DNA of 64,000 nt from an uncultured delta proteobacterium. Its GTDB lineage: Bacteria; Myxococcota_A; Polyangia; Fen-1088. The position numbers were made by a program, and so were the translations under genes. The DNA lies in the NCBI GenBank assembly GCA_963737265.1, contig CAVTRY010000018.1, positions 192,001 through 256,000 on the forward strand, in the 5' to 3' direction. Below the pieces are notes generated by a model that was given only the letters and a program-made list of their open reading frames with translations, was not told the origin of the DNA and made no database searches. Positions 32,957 to 43,222 of this stretch are shown piece by piece. Positions within the stretch are counted from its first letter, which is position 1; each line of letters begins with the position of its first letter.

Positions 32957-33944
32957 CTATCCCACCTTGACGACCGCTGCCCCCTGCAGTGAGCCTGCTC
33001 GCAAATCGTCGAGCGCCCGATTGGTTCTCTCGAGCGGGTAGATCGTCGTTGCGGGTTGAATCGCCATCGCGCGTGCAATGGCCAGGAATTCCTCGCCGTC
33101 GGTGCGGGTCAGATTGGCCACGGAACGCAGGACGCGCTCGCCCCACAAGGCAGAGTAGGGAAAGCTCGGAATGTCGCTCATGTGGATTCCAGCGCAAACA
33201 ACCGTGCCGCCCTTGCGGACGGCTTTGAGTGCGAGAGGAACCAGATCCCCGACCGGTGCGAAGATCACGGCGCCGTCGAGCTCGAACGGGCGGCCGCTCC
33301 GCCGAAGCGCCGGCCCAAACGGCGCCGAGTTGCAGGGCAAAGCTCTGGCTTGCCCGATCCGGTGCGCGGGTGAAGGCGTACACCTTGCGTTCTTGATGGT
33401 GGGCGACCTGGGCCATGAGGTGCGCCGCCGACCCAAAACCGTAGAACCCGATGCGTTGCGCGTCCCCGACCATGCGCAGTGCTCGGTAACCGATGAGCCC
33501 CGCGCATAGCAGCGGGGCCACGGCGGTATCGCTGAGGTCCTGCGCGAGGTGAAAGCAGAAGCGCGCGTCGGCCACGCAGAATTCCGCAAGGCCTCCGTCA
33601 ATCTGATAGCCGGTGTAGCTGGCATGGTCACACAGGTTCTCTTGCCCGTCCTGACAATACCGGCACTCGCCGCAGGCTCCGCCCAGCCACGGCACGCCGA
33701 TGCGCTCGCCCGCGGTGAAACCAGTGACGTTCGACCCGAGACAATCGACAGTTCCCACTATCTGGTGTCCGGGCACGAGGGGAAGCTTGGGCTCCTTCAA
33801 ATCTCCGTCCACCACGTGCAAATCGGTGCGGCAGAGGCCGCAGGCTTTCACGCGCAACCGTACTTGCGTTGGGCTCAGGTCGGGGACGGGGATTTCCGCC
33901 AACCTGAGCGGTTCGCCCTGCCTATCAAGGATCATCGCGCGCAT
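32957..33944 (-). CDS. Zinc-dependent alcohol dehydrogenase; +1 frameshift at about 33285
   Basis: CRTDLH, PGHQIVG, CGECRYC...ENLC, LLCAGLIG, YGFGSAA. Removing one base gives PPVELDGAVIFAP. Confidence 0.88.
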
Positions 33945-34095
33945 GAGCTCGACCTTTGGCGGTGTCGTTGGTGCGGGCATAGCACAAGCCGGCTGCATTC
34001 GCATCGGCGGCACACGGCGTACTCACGCCCTCGCGCTCCAACGCGTTAGCTAGCAATGTCTTCGCAATGCGACGGAATTGCGACAGAATAGGGTC

Positions 34096-34449
34096 ATGCG
34101 CAGATTCTTTATCCACTGGCTTGTCACCGCGGCCGCGCTGGCTGTGACCGCACGAATCGTGTCGGGAATTCACGTCGCCTCACTGGCTACGCTTCTCTTC
34201 TCCGCGTTGGTCCTCGGCTTGGTCAATGCCGTCGTGCGACCCGTGTTGGTCATACTTACTCTCCCCATCACCCTCCTCACCTTGGGATTGTTCTATCTCG
34301 TGGTGAACGGCGTCGCCTTTGCTTTCGCCGCGGCGCTGGTGCCTGGCTTCACCGTCGCTTCCTTCGGTGCCGCGGTCGCCGGAGCGCTCGGGGTCGGGTT
34401 GGTGTCTTGGATCCTAGGTTGGCTGGTGAACCCGAACCCGCGCAACTGA
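34096..34449 (+). CDS. 4-TM membrane protein, phage-holin-4/YvlD (DUF360) family
   Basis: LGLVNAVVRPVLVILTLPITLLTLGLFYLVVN signature. Confidence 0.88.
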   Translation: MRRFFIHWLVTAAALAVTARIVSGIHVASLATLLFSALVLGLVNAVVRPVLVILTLPITLLTLGLFYLVVNGVAFAFAAALVPGFTVASFGAAVAGALGVGLVSWILGWLVNPNPRN

Positions 34450-34492
34450 GCTCGCATACCTGGCCGATCGATAGCGCGCTGGAAGGACTGTC

Positions 34493-35506
34493 CTACTTCA
34501 CCCACTTCAGCTTGGGCGAAATGGTCACCTGCTCCTTGTTCAGCTTTTCGAGCGCGTCCTTGTAGGTCTTGCTCTTGAACTTCTCTTGCTCTTTTTCGGC
34601 CGCCTCGCTGGTCTTCTTGCCCATGCCGATGGTTTGGAAGGTGATGGCGGCGTGGGACGCGATGGTTTCCTGCAGGCGGGACAGGATGTTGTCGAACTGC
34701 TGGCGCGTGACGACGATCTTCACGACCTGCTCGTCCTTGTAGATGCCGACGAAGGTCATGGCCTTGAGCCCCTCGGTCTGGCTGAACATGCTGGTCATGA
34801 ACTCGGCCCAGGCACCCATCACCATGTTGATCTTCAGATTGGCGACGAACTCGTCCTTGCCCATCTCCAGGAACGGGTACGAGATCTCGACCGACTGATT
34901 GCCAGCGTCTAGCTTGTAAACGGTCTTGTGGGCGAATTTTTCATCGTAGCGCGCTTGCTTCTTCTTTTCACCGATGTGGCAGGTGTCGTTGAGATCTTCT
35001 TGCAGCTCTTGCTCGCCGCGCGTGCTGTGGATGAAGGCGCGCTCGACTTGCTCGGGGAAGTCGTACTTGACGAGGTTTTCGCACTTCGGGGCGCGGTCGC
35101 TCTGCTCGCGGACGACCTTGCCGATGACCTTGGTCTCGCCGCCCTCCTTGGCGTCGTATTCCGAGGCGTAGAACCAGCCTTCGAAGTGGATGGGCTCGAA
35201 GGCCGTGCGCTTCATGGCGTAGGCGTACAGAATCTTCATCGGCGCATACATCTGGTCGCGCTTGGTCGCCTGGAGCATGGCCAGCCTCATCATCACCTTC
35301 TGCCCGTCGGACGGGCCGGTGATGTCGTCAGCGACGACCTTGAATTTGGCCACGCCCGGCGGAATGTCAGGCTGCGTGCAGCAAGTCTTGGGGCCTTCGT
35401 CCTTCTTCTCGCAGGCCGGTGCCGCTAGCAGCGTCGCAAGAGTCGTCGCAAAAGTCATCAAGGTGATACCTGTTTTCGCAGGCATCGCGGTCGTCCCTGT
35501 CTTCAT
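34493..35506 (-). CDS. Hypothetical Lys/Glu-rich lipoprotein
   Basis: Hydrophobic signal ending APAC, strongly G/C-ending codons, SD GGAGG. Confidence 0.75.
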   Translation of the reverse strand: MKTGTTAMPAKTGITLMTFATTLATLLAAPACEKKDEGPKTCCTQPDIPPGVAKFKVVADDITGPSDGQKVMMRLAMLQATKRDQMYAPMKILYAYAMKRTAFEPIHFEGWFYASEYDAKEGGETKVIGKVVREQSDRAPKCENLVKYDFPEQVERAFIHSTRGEQELQEDLNDTCHIGEKKKQARYDEKFAHKTVYKLDAGNQSVEISYPFLEMGKDEFVANLKINMVMGAWAEFMTSMFSQTEGLKAMTFVGIYKDEQVVKIVVTRQQFDNILSRLQETIASHAAITFQTIGMGKKTSEAAEKEQEKFKSKTYKDALEKLNKEQVTISPKLKWVK

Positions 35507-35608
35507 GGTGGGGCCCTCCGGTTCGGGAAAAATGAAGCAGCGGGCAGCATACACACAGCGAGGCCGCGCGGAAACGGTGAAAGCTTGGCTGGATACGTTG
35601 CATGTTCG

Positions 35609-36790
35609 CTATTCCTTCTCCACCGCGCGCCGGTGCAGGGCCATGTGGCCGCGTTGGATGCCTTCGCCGGCCAAGGCTTTGAGCGCGGCGAGGTTTTGCG
35701 CGAGGCCGACGCTGCCGATGATTTCGGCGAGCTCGCGTGAGCTGGTGGCGCCGACGATGCGCAGGACGAGGCGGGCGAGGGGATGGACTTGCAAGGTGCC
35801 ACCGACGGTGCCGAGAGCGAGGGGCATTTCCAGGCGGCCTGCAAGGGCGTCGCCATCTACTCGCCAGGTGGCGAGCGGGCGATAGCGGCCGTCGCTGGCG
35901 GCGTAGGCGTGGGCGCCGGCTTCGATGCCGCGCCAGTCGTTGCCGGTGGCGATGACCACCGGATCCACGCCATTCATGATGCCCTTGTTGTGAGTGGCCG
36001 CGCGGTAGACGTCGTCCTCGGCGAAACGCGAGGCGGCTTCGATGTCGCGCGCCAGGGTTTCGCCTGCGTCGCCCGCAGCTTCGGCTTTGTCGGCGAGCGC
36101 GGCGAAGGGCACGCGGCAGGACACGCGCACCATGCGCCGGTCGGAAAGATTGGTGAGGATGCACAGGCCGACGCGGGCCGAGGCGATATCGGCGAGGCGC
36201 GCGGCCACGGCCTCGGCCACCGTGTTGACCATGTTGGCGCCCATGGCATCGCGACAGTCGATGTGCAAGTGAACGACCAAGCGCCGGTCGGGCAGGGTGC
36301 GCACGTCCAGGTCGCGACAGCCGCCGCCACGTTCGCGCAGACGGGGCAGGGCAGCGTCGGCCATGGCCATGATGTCGGCTCGGCAGGCTTTGATGAGCCC
36401 GGTCGCTCGGGCGCTGTCGGCCACCTCGCGCAGCTCCACCTGCGCGGTCATGATCGCTTCGTCCGCCACGGCGAGAAAACCGCCGCCCTGGCGCACCATG
36501 CGCGCGGCATTGGAGGCCGCCGCGATCACCGACGGCTCTTCGACGGCCATCGGAACCAGACGATCCACGCCGTTGACGACGAAGTTGAGTCCGAGGCCGA
36601 GCGGCAAGGCATAGATGCCGATGGCGTTCTCGACCATGCGGTCGGCGCCGGCGGCGGCGATTCCGCCGGATTCAAGCAGCGCGAGATCGTCGGGCGAAAG
36701 GCCCGCTTGCACGGCGAGCTCGGCTTGGCGTTCGGCGAGAGGCAGGCGGTAGAAACCGGGCAGGCGCGAATTCGGCGGCGAATCAGGCAT
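35609..36790 (-). CDS. mvaA: HMG-CoA reductase, class II
   Basis: ENAIG, VEEPSVIAAAS, DAMGAN, ATHNKGIMNG, GIQRGHMALH. Confidence 0.93.
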   Translation of the reverse strand: MPDSPPNSRLPGFYRLPLAERQAELAVQAGLSPDDLALLESGGIAAAGADRMVENAIGIYALPLGLGLNFVVNGVDRLVPMAVEEPSVIAAASNAARMVRQGGGFLAVADEAIMTAQVELREVADSARATGLIKACRADIMAMADAALPRLRERGGGCRDLDVRTLPDRRLVVHLHIDCRDAMGANMVNTVAEAVAARLADIASARVGLCILTNLSDRRMVRVSCRVPFAALADKAEAAGDAGETLARDIEAASRFAEDDVYRAATHNKGIMNGVDPVVIATGNDWRGIEAGAHAYAASDGRYRPLATWRVDGDALAGRLEMPLALGTVGGTLQVHPLARLVLRIVGATSSRELAEIIGSVGLAQNLAALKALAGEGIQRGHMALHRRAVEKE

Positions 36791-37796
36791 GGAAGAGTCC
36801 GGCATTTTCGAGGTTTTCCTCGTCGGGCAAACGGCGGCGCACGCCCAAGCGGTCGAGGTCGACGTCGAGCGGGACCAGTGGCTTGGGTAGAGCGCGGGCG
36901 AACAGGCGCGCCGATTCGGGGGTGGCGAACATGGCGACGCCGATATCGCCGCCGCCTGCGCCCGAGGGCTTGGCGATACCGCCGAGCTCCCTGGCGAGAT
37001 CCGAGGCGCGCGTGAAGGCGCTGGTAACGATGGGAACCCGTGCGGCGGTACCGAGCACGGCCAATTGCTGGCCGTAGCGCCCGGCGGCGGTGACCGCGCC
37101 AGTGGCGCTGCCTGCGCGCAGCTCGGCGACGAAACGGTCGGCGATGTCGCGCAAAGTGGCGATGACCCGCCGATAGGAGGCGGCATCCTTGCGCGCGAAC
37201 GTCTCGACGCCTTCGATCATGGACTTGGTGGCGACGGGTTGGCCGGTCCAGAACACGACCAGGTGTAGTCCCGCCGGCGGCTCCAGCGAATCGACGACCG
37301 GCGCCGAGTCCTTGCGCCGTTCGACCTTGATGAGCCCGCCGTAGGTCGCGGCGGCGATGTCGGCGCCCGAGCCCGCGCCGCCCTGGGCTGCCCGATGCGC
37401 GGCGTCCGCGATGGCGAGAATTTGCGACCGGCGCGATGCAATGGGCACGCCCGCCGATTCGAACAGCGCGCCCACCGAAGCCACTGCGGTGGCGGCGCTG
37501 GAGCCGAGGCCAAGCTTCTGATTGCCTTGGTGGAAGTCGTCGGTGTTCACCAGCACCGAACCGGGCGGCAGAGCGGCCGAGGCGTCGCCGAGCTCGGCGC
37601 GGGCGCGTTTGACTGCCTCCGCCACCACCTGTGACATGGCATCCATGCCGGGAATGTACTGGGCAACTGCGTGGCGCGTGACGGCCGCCAGAACGGCGAC
37701 GCCTTCTTCGAGCACGGCGTACTCGCCGACCAAGAAGATTTTTCCGGGCGCGATGACGACCGGGGTTCCGACCAGGGTGCTGCGTTCGCCGCTCAT
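36783..37796 (-). CDS. Phosphomevalonate kinase (GHMP family)
   Basis: APGKIFLVGEYAVL, KLGLGSSAA, SGADIAAA, KPSGAGGGD. Confidence 0.88.
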   Translation of the reverse strand: MSGERSTLVGTPVVIAPGKIFLVGEYAVLEEGVAVLAAVTRHAVAQYIPGMDAMSQVVAEAVKRARAELGDASAALPPGSVLVNTDDFHQGNQKLGLGSSAATAVASVGALFESAGVPIASRRSQILAIADAAHRAAQGGAGSGADIAAATYGGLIKVERRKDSAPVVDSLEPPAGLHLVVFWTGQPVATKSMIEGVETFARKDAASYRRVIATLRDIADRFVAELRAGSATGAVTAAGRYGQQLAVLGTAARVPIVTSAFTRASDLARELGGIAKPSGAGGGDIGVAMFATPESARLFARALPKPLVPLDVDLDRLGVRRRLPDEENLENAGLFHA

Positions 37797-38827
37797 GTGG
37801 GATTTCGCCGGGGTTCTTCGTTAACGATGTGCGCGCCTGGGCCAGGAGCAAGCGATAAAACTCTCATGACGCCGGGGGTGGTGTCTAGCGCCTGTGCTAC
37901 GAGATGAGCATCGGCAGAAGCACACAAGACTTTGACGTGGGGACCGGCGTCGATGGTGAAATAGGCCGCCGTTCCCGAGGCGCGCAGTTGTTTGACCGTG
38001 GCGATGGCGGCGAGCGTGGCCGGGTTCCAATAAAGGACATATGGATCGGCTGCCATCGCGCAGGCGTGCATGCGCAGGGCGCTGCGCTCGGCCACCGCGC
38101 CGAGACCGGCGAGATCGCGCGCCACAACCGCCGCGCGCGCCTGGGCGAGATCGGTCGGCACCGAGGCTAGCCAGCCCTGGTAATAGGGCGATGTTTGCGC
38201 CGTACGTTCCATGGCGGCGGTGGAGCCGATGGCCTTTGCACCCTCGGCGGTGATGGCCACGCACAGGCGAATGTTCCAGGCGCTTTCGCCGAGCAAGTCT
38301 CGGGCAACGGCGTCGCTGCCGTCGGCGCGCGTACCGGCCGACATTTCGGCGAAACCGCCGAAAATCGATCGCGCCGCCGAGCCGGAACCGCGGCGGGCAA
38401 GCTCGGATAGCTCGGCTGGCGATAGCTGCAAGCCGGCCGCCCGGGAAGCGGCGAGCGCCAGCGCCGCGAAGCCAGCCGCCGACGACGCCAGACCAGCTGC
38501 GGTGGGCACGGTATTCGACGTGACGACCTCGGCGGGCAGAGCGAGCTCAGCGCGGGCCCGCACCAAATCGAGAAAGACGCGCACGCGTTCGGCGAATTTG
38601 CGATCGGCTGCGCGGTCACCGAAGACGACGCGATCGCTTCCGTCGCTTTCGCCCGCGTCGCCGGCGAAGCGCACAGTGGTTTCGCTGCCGAGATCGGCGA
38701 GGGTGAGCGACAAGCTGCCGGTGGCGGGCAGGTTGAGCGCCTTGTCGCGCTTGCCCCAGTATTTGACGAGGGCGATGTTGGTACCCGCGCGGGCGGTAAC
38801 GAATTTGGGCAACGAGGAATCAGTCAT
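37793..38827 (-). CDS. mvaD: Diphosphomevalonate decarboxylase
   Basis: NIALVKYWGK, AGLASSAAG, ARRGSGSAARS, FTIDAGPHV. Confidence 0.95.
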   Translation of the reverse strand: MTDSSLPKFVTARAGTNIALVKYWGKRDKALNLPATGSLSLTLADLGSETTVRFAGDAGESDGSDRVVFGDRAADRKFAERVRVFLDLVRARAELALPAEVVTSNTVPTAAGLASSAAGFAALALAASRAAGLQLSPAELSELARRGSGSAARSIFGGFAEMSAGTRADGSDAVARDLLGESAWNIRLCVAITAEGAKAIGSTAAMERTAQTSPYYQGWLASVPTDLAQARAAVVARDLAGLGAVAERSALRMHACAMAADPYVLYWNPATLAAIATVKQLRASGTAAYFTIDAGPHVKVLCASADAHLVAQALDTTPGVMRVLSLAPGPGAHIVNEEPRRNPT

Positions 38828-39734
38828 GGCCGATGGTGGTGACAAAGCCGTAGTAACCCTTGGCGCGCCAGCGGCGCAAGACCTCGTCGCTGTTTTCGGC
38901 GGCAAGAGCGATCACGGCGCCGCCGCCGCCCGCGCCGGTCAGCTTGGCCCCGGCGGAGCCGGCCGCGCGCGCGGTGTGGATCATGTCGTCGATTTCGGGC
39001 GACGAGACGCCCACGCCGGCAAGCAGACCGTGGGCGAGGTTGAGAAGGCGGGCCAGGGCGGCGAGGTCTCCGCCCGCTAGCGCTTCTATGCCGGCGCGCG
39101 AGACGTCGCCCAGGGTGTCGATTGCTTTCCGCGCGACGGGGGTCGTGTCGCAGAGCTCCTTCACGGCGGCCACCAAGGCGCCAGTGTCGTGACTCTTGCC
39201 GGTGATCCCGATGCACAGATCGAAGGATTTCTTGAGCGGCAGATCGCGCCAGCCGCTTTGCTTGTCGAAACTGCCCAGGCAACCGCGGCTGGCGGCGGCA
39301 GCGTCGATGCCGGAAGGCGTGCGGTGAAATACCGATTCCGACGCTGCTGCGGCGGCGAGCACGTCGGTCTCGCTTGCCCCGGTGCGGGCGGCCACGGCGC
39401 GCGCCACGGCCACGGCCATGGCGGCCGAGCTTCCCAGCCCGGCGCGCGCGGGCACGTCGGACTCCAGCCAGAAGTCCAGGCTGTTGGCGCCGACGTTCAG
39501 CTTTTCCAGCAGTCGGGCAATCGCCTGGCCGGGAAGCGAATCGTCGCCGATTTGCACGTCGAGGCTCCAGGCCGGCGCAGCAAGACTGCCGTGGCCAGGG
39601 CTGGCGTAGGCGCGCACGCCGCTGGGAATGCCGGCGGCCACCGCGGGCTGGCCGTGCACGACGGCGTGCTCGCCGAACAGGATGACCTTGCCGTGACCAA
39701 AGCCGGTGGTGCTGTCGGACGAACCAGCCATCAC
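38820..39734 (-). CDS. mvk: Mevalonate kinase
   Basis: [36 protein letters not shown]. Confidence 0.93.
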   Translation of the reverse strand: MMAGSSDSTTGFGHGKVILFGEHAVVHGQPAVAAGIPSGVRAYASPGHGSLAAPAWSLDVQIGDDSLPGQAIARLLEKLNVGANSLDFWLESDVPARAGLGSSAAMAVAVARAVAARTGASETDVLAAAAASESVFHRTPSGIDAAAASRGCLGSFDKQSGWRDLPLKKSFDLCIGITGKSHDTGALVAAVKELCDTTPVARKAIDTLGDVSRAGIEALAGGDLAALARLLNLAHGLLAGVGVSSPEIDDMIHTARAAGSAGAKLTGAGGGGAVIALAAENSDEVLRRWRAKGYYGFVTTIGHD

Positions 39735-40795
39735 GGTCTCTGCGCCAGCCAGTCACGCAGCTCACCGGTGATTACCCGCGGCGCCCGGGCCAAATCCGCG
39801 GCACGGGCGACGCCCGCAAGCATGCAGGCGGTGCGAAGCCCATCCATGACCGCGGCGAGAAAGTCGATCGCGCCTTTTGCACCGTCTTTGCTGGCGGCGG
39901 CCAACACGGGCTGGGCCAGTCCCACGACGCGAGCGCCGAGGGCCATGGCGCGCGCGACGTCGAGGCCGGTGCGGATGCCGCCCGATGCGATGACTTGGGC
40001 GCGCAGATCGAGATCGCCCAGCCAACCCACGCAGGCCGCGGTGGGAATGCCCCACTCATGGAAGAGCTGCCCGCGCGCGGCTTGCGGGCCCGTGGCGCGC
40101 AGGGCTTCGATGGCGATCCACGACGTCCCGCCCGCGCCGGAAACGTCGATGGCGGCAACACCGAGGTTGTCGAGTGCCCGCGCGGCCGTGGGTGCGATGC
40201 CACAGCCGGTTTCCTTAACCAGGACGGGCCGGCCGAGCTCGTCGACGACGCGCTGGATGGTGGCGAGGCCCTGGCGAAAGTCGTTGTCACCACCGGGCTG
40301 GGCCAGCTCTTGGCCGACGTTGAGATGAATGGCCAGCGCGTCCGCGCCCACTCGATCCATCGCGGCGACAACGGCATCGGTCTTCATCCCGGCAAGCTGG
40401 ACAACGCCGAAGTTGGAAAGCAGGAGGACATCCGGGGCCACGTCGCGCACTTGGTAGGTCGAAGCCAGCTCGGGCTTGATCAGCATGGGGCGCTGGCTGC
40501 CGAGGCCAAAGGCGATGCCGAGAGCTTGCGCCGCGCTGGCCAGGTCGCGGTTGAGCGTGCGCCCCTCGGGTGTGCCGCCGGTCATGCCCGTGATGAGCAG
40601 GGGCGCCGCGAGCTTGTGGCCGAGCAGCGTGGTGCCAAGATCGATGTCGTCAAAGGCGAGCCCAGGCAGCGCGGAGTGCACCAGCTGCACGTTTTCGAGC
40701 AAGGTCGAGCGCGCGAACGCGCCCGCGCCCGAACGCGCGAGGTGAATGTGATCGGCCTTGCGCTTGGCGATATCGGTGGAGGGGGTGCGTGGCAT
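39731..40795 (-). CDS. fni: Type 2 isopentenyl-diphosphate isomerase
   Basis: [39 protein letters not shown]. Confidence 0.94.
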   Translation of the reverse strand: MPRTPSTDIAKRKADHIHLARSGAGAFARSTLLENVQLVHSALPGLAFDDIDLGTTLLGHKLAAPLLITGMTGGTPEGRTLNRDLASAAQALGIAFGLGSQRPMLIKPELASTYQVRDVAPDVLLLSNFGVVQLAGMKTDAVVAAMDRVGADALAIHLNVGQELAQPGGDNDFRQGLATIQRVVDELGRPVLVKETGCGIAPTAARALDNLGVAAIDVSGAGGTSWIAIEALRATGPQAARGQLFHEWGIPTAACVGWLGDLDLRAQVIASGGIRTGLDVARAMALGARVVGLAQPVLAAASKDGAKGAIDFLAAVMDGLRTACMLAGVARAADLARAPRVITGELRDWLAQRP

Positions 40796-40873
40796 GCGAG
40801 AGGTGGAACATTTGAGCACGCACCCGCCTGTCCGTCGAGGGCTACGGTCCGTGCCGACGCGAATCGAGGCGAG

Positions 40874-42352
40874 TCAGTACAGGGTGATCGCCGACAGGCA
40901 GATCCCAAACGCGACCGGAGTTTCCTGGGACGTGACTTGCAAGGCGAATTGATCGACGGCGGCAAAGTCGGTCAGGGAGGAACCGCCTTTCGACCGACAA
41001 CTGGACGAAAAGTCCGACGGCTTCACTGTCCGTCCCGACCGGTAGTCTTGCACGCAGTACCAGCGCTCGTCGGGATCGCCGTGGCGATGGGCGACTAGCT
41101 GGTAGATTCCCGACTTGCCGCGGAATTCGATGGCGATCTTCGAGGCGGCGTGGCTACCCCACGCCTTGCGGTCGGGGCGCGGGAACCACTCCATGTGGAC
41201 GCCCCAGTTGGTGTCCCAATCGCACTTGCGCGGCTGGTCTTCGGTGTCCACGCACGTGATCTCGGCAATTCGGCCGTGCGTGCATAGCAACCCGCCATCG
41301 CTAACCCAATGGCCAGGCGCTTTGCTGGCGGCGGCCGAAAACCTCGTTCCCGAACCGCCGACAGCGCGGACGAAGCCTGGGTTATCTCCGGTTGGATTGC
41401 CATTGTCGCCGATGGTGGTTTGGCCCGAACCAGTGGTGGCGTCGTCGTCCGCCGCGGCGGAGGCGCGCCAATCCCGGAATACCGCCTCGGGCAGGATCGA
41501 CGCAGTGTCGGCCTGCGGCCCCGGCGTCACCCCGAGTGGCATGGTTCGACTTGCGACTCTTCCGGTTGACGAGCTTCGCTTGCGCTGCGGGCGGTGGCCG
41601 GTGGAGCTTTCCGTCGCGGCCCTGTCGCCCGCTACAGCCGACGCGATCTGTGCCGGGGCGGTCCGTTCGGGCAGGATGGGTGTTGCTTCGAGGCTGTCCA
41701 GGACTAAGCAGGCGGTGGTGCCGTTGGCTTCCAGCCGCTGTCCAGAACGAACAGGCATGCGATCGCTTTGCGAGCAGCCGCCCACGTCCACTTCGCCCTG
41801 GAGCACGCTCAGCTTGAAATGGTTGCCGTTGGGCGCCCAATCCACCGCGAAGCGCGTGCCGGTCACGTGAACGGCGAAGGGGCCGGCGTTCACCTCCCAC
41901 CGGCCGATCCAGCGATGAACAACGGCAAGCTCGGCGTGGCCGCTAGCAATCAGCAGTTCGGCACCACGCCGGAAGCCTAGCGCGCGCAGATTGCCGCGCG
42001 TGGCTTGCGCCAGAGTGATGCTCGTGCCGTCGGCGAACGCCACGGTTCCCGCACCAGTATCCGGAACCGACAGGTTGCCGTTCACAGCCAGAAAGCAGTC
42101 ACGCTCCTGGTGGCCGAGGGTGAGACGCGCGCCGATGCCGAAAGCCAGTCCCAACGCTGCCAGTGCGGGTATGACTAGGACCCATCGCTGTCGTCGGCGA
42201 AAGCCTCGTGCGCCCACGAGCGCGCTCTCAATTTCGGCCCATTGCCTGAGGTCAGGCCGCCGCTCCCGCCCTTCCGCGGCACGCGCCGCCAAGTCACCCA
42301 GAAAGTGACAGCAAGCCTCGCTTGAGCCTGCCAGTTCTCGTTCGCTTGTCAA
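40874..42352 (-). CDS. FecR-type transmembrane anti-sigma factor with extra C-terminal Cys-containing beta-rich domain
   Basis: TM helix, FecR motifs FADGTSITL and AGPFAVHVTGTRFAVDW. Start overlaps the ECF sigma stop. Confidence 0.8.
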   Translation of the reverse strand: MTSERELAGSSEACCHFLGDLAARAAEGRERRPDLRQWAEIESALVGARGFRRRQRWVLVIPALAALGLAFGIGARLTLGHQERDCFLAVNGNLSVPDTGAGTVAFADGTSITLAQATRGNLRALGFRRGAELLIASGHAELAVVHRWIGRWEVNAGPFAVHVTGTRFAVDWAPNGNHFKLSVLQGEVDVGGCSQSDRMPVRSGQRLEANGTTACLVLDSLEATPILPERTAPAQIASAVAGDRAATESSTGHRPQRKRSSSTGRVASRTMPLGVTPGPQADTASILPEAVFRDWRASAAADDDATTGSGQTTIGDNGNPTGDNPGFVRAVGGSGTRFSAAASKAPGHWVSDGGLLCTHGRIAEITCVDTEDQPRKCDWDTNWGVHMEWFPRPDRKAWGSHAASKIAIEFRGKSGIYQLVAHRHGDPDERWYCVQDYRSGRTVKPSDFSSSCRSKGGSSLTDFAAVDQFALQVTSQETPVAFGICLSAITLY

Positions 42353-42996
42353 ACCGATCCTCCCTGGCCAAGCAGGCCCACGTAGTCCGCGAGCGCTGGC
42401 TCGGATTTCATGCGCGAGTCGACCCGCAGGGCGAGCCGAGCGATGCGCCGCTTGACGGTGGACAGACTCACCCCGTGGGCTGCGGCCACGTCGATGACTT
42501 CCATTTTTTCGATGTAGCGGGCAACGAACAACGAGCGATCCTCGGCACCCAGGCCGTCAAGCAGGCGGTAAAGCGCTCGCACCGCCTCGCGTGCCTCGTC
42601 GCGCTCGCCGGGAACGACGGTTTCTGGCAATTCCTCGCTCGAGGTCAACCCCACAATGGAGCGGATGCGACGGCGGCGCGCCTCGTTGCGCGAGACGCCG
42701 AGGGTGACGCCGATGATGAAGCCTGACAGGGCGCCCGGCTCGCGCAATTCGTCGAGACGCCTGAAAATTCGCAGGAACGCCTCCTGACACACGTCCGAAA
42801 GATCCGGACCCGGCCCGAAAAATCGCCTGACCAGTCGTTGCACCAGCGACGCGTATTTCTCCCAGATGGCCTGGCACGCGCGCCGGTCGCCGCCACGAGC
42901 GGCCCACACAAGCGGCCCATCTCCGCCGTCCGGACTGCCGGATCCGTACTGCGGCGGGGAGGGTAAGGGTAGCATGAGACGAAGTGCCGATTGCAT
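42349..42996 (-). CDS. ECF RNA polymerase sigma factor
   Basis: Region 2 DVCQEAFLRIF and region 4 EVIDVAAAHGVSLSTVKRRI. Start uncertain (42996-43059). Confidence 0.9.
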   Translation of the reverse strand: MQSALRLMLPLPSPPQYGSGSPDGGDGPLVWAARGGDRRACQAIWEKYASLVQRLVRRFFGPGPDLSDVCQEAFLRIFRRLDELREPGALSGFIIGVTLGVSRNEARRRRIRSIVGLTSSEELPETVVPGERDEAREAVRALYRLLDGLGAEDRSLFVARYIEKMEVIDVAAAHGVSLSTVKRRIARLALRVDSRMKSEPALADYVGLLGQGGSV

Positions 42997-43037
42997 GGGC
43001 AGGCTACCAAGGACGATCTGTAAACGCAACGCTCTCG

Positions 43038-43064
43038 CCATGACGACCATGACGACCATGACGA
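43038..43064. repeat. 9-bp tandem repeat CCATGACGA x3
   Basis: Three exact copies in the 5' region of the ECF gene. Confidence 0.8.
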
Positions 43065-43108
43065 ATCATTTCGCGGGGAGATTGATGCACGGTCTCTCTT
43101 AACCGGGA

Positions 43109-43171
43109 GAGTCTCGAAGCGTCCGCCACAGCTCAGATCAAAGCTGACCCGCCCGGGCCGGCCCGCGACTC
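43109..43171. promoter_or_regulatory. Back-to-back putative ECF promoters TGASCY-N16-GACTC
   Basis: Plus strand TGACCC(43145)-N15-CGACTC; minus strand TGAGCT(43135)-N15-AGACTC. Identical spacing, one pointing at each divergent unit. Confidence 0.5.
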
Positions 43172-43222
43172 ATAGCTGGTTGACGCCGTCTACTGTCAAC
43201 AAGCACAGATCGGGGGATTCCA

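Noticed and set aside
32709-34013. 434-aa ADH-oxidoreductase fusion ORF
   Set aside because: Artefact of the frameshift at about 33285 reading into the next gene's N-terminus and the IS end.
34096-34449. Prophage, suggested by the holin-family gene
   Set aside because: YvlD/DUF360 proteins are common chromosomal membrane proteins; no integrase, endolysin or structural genes nearby.
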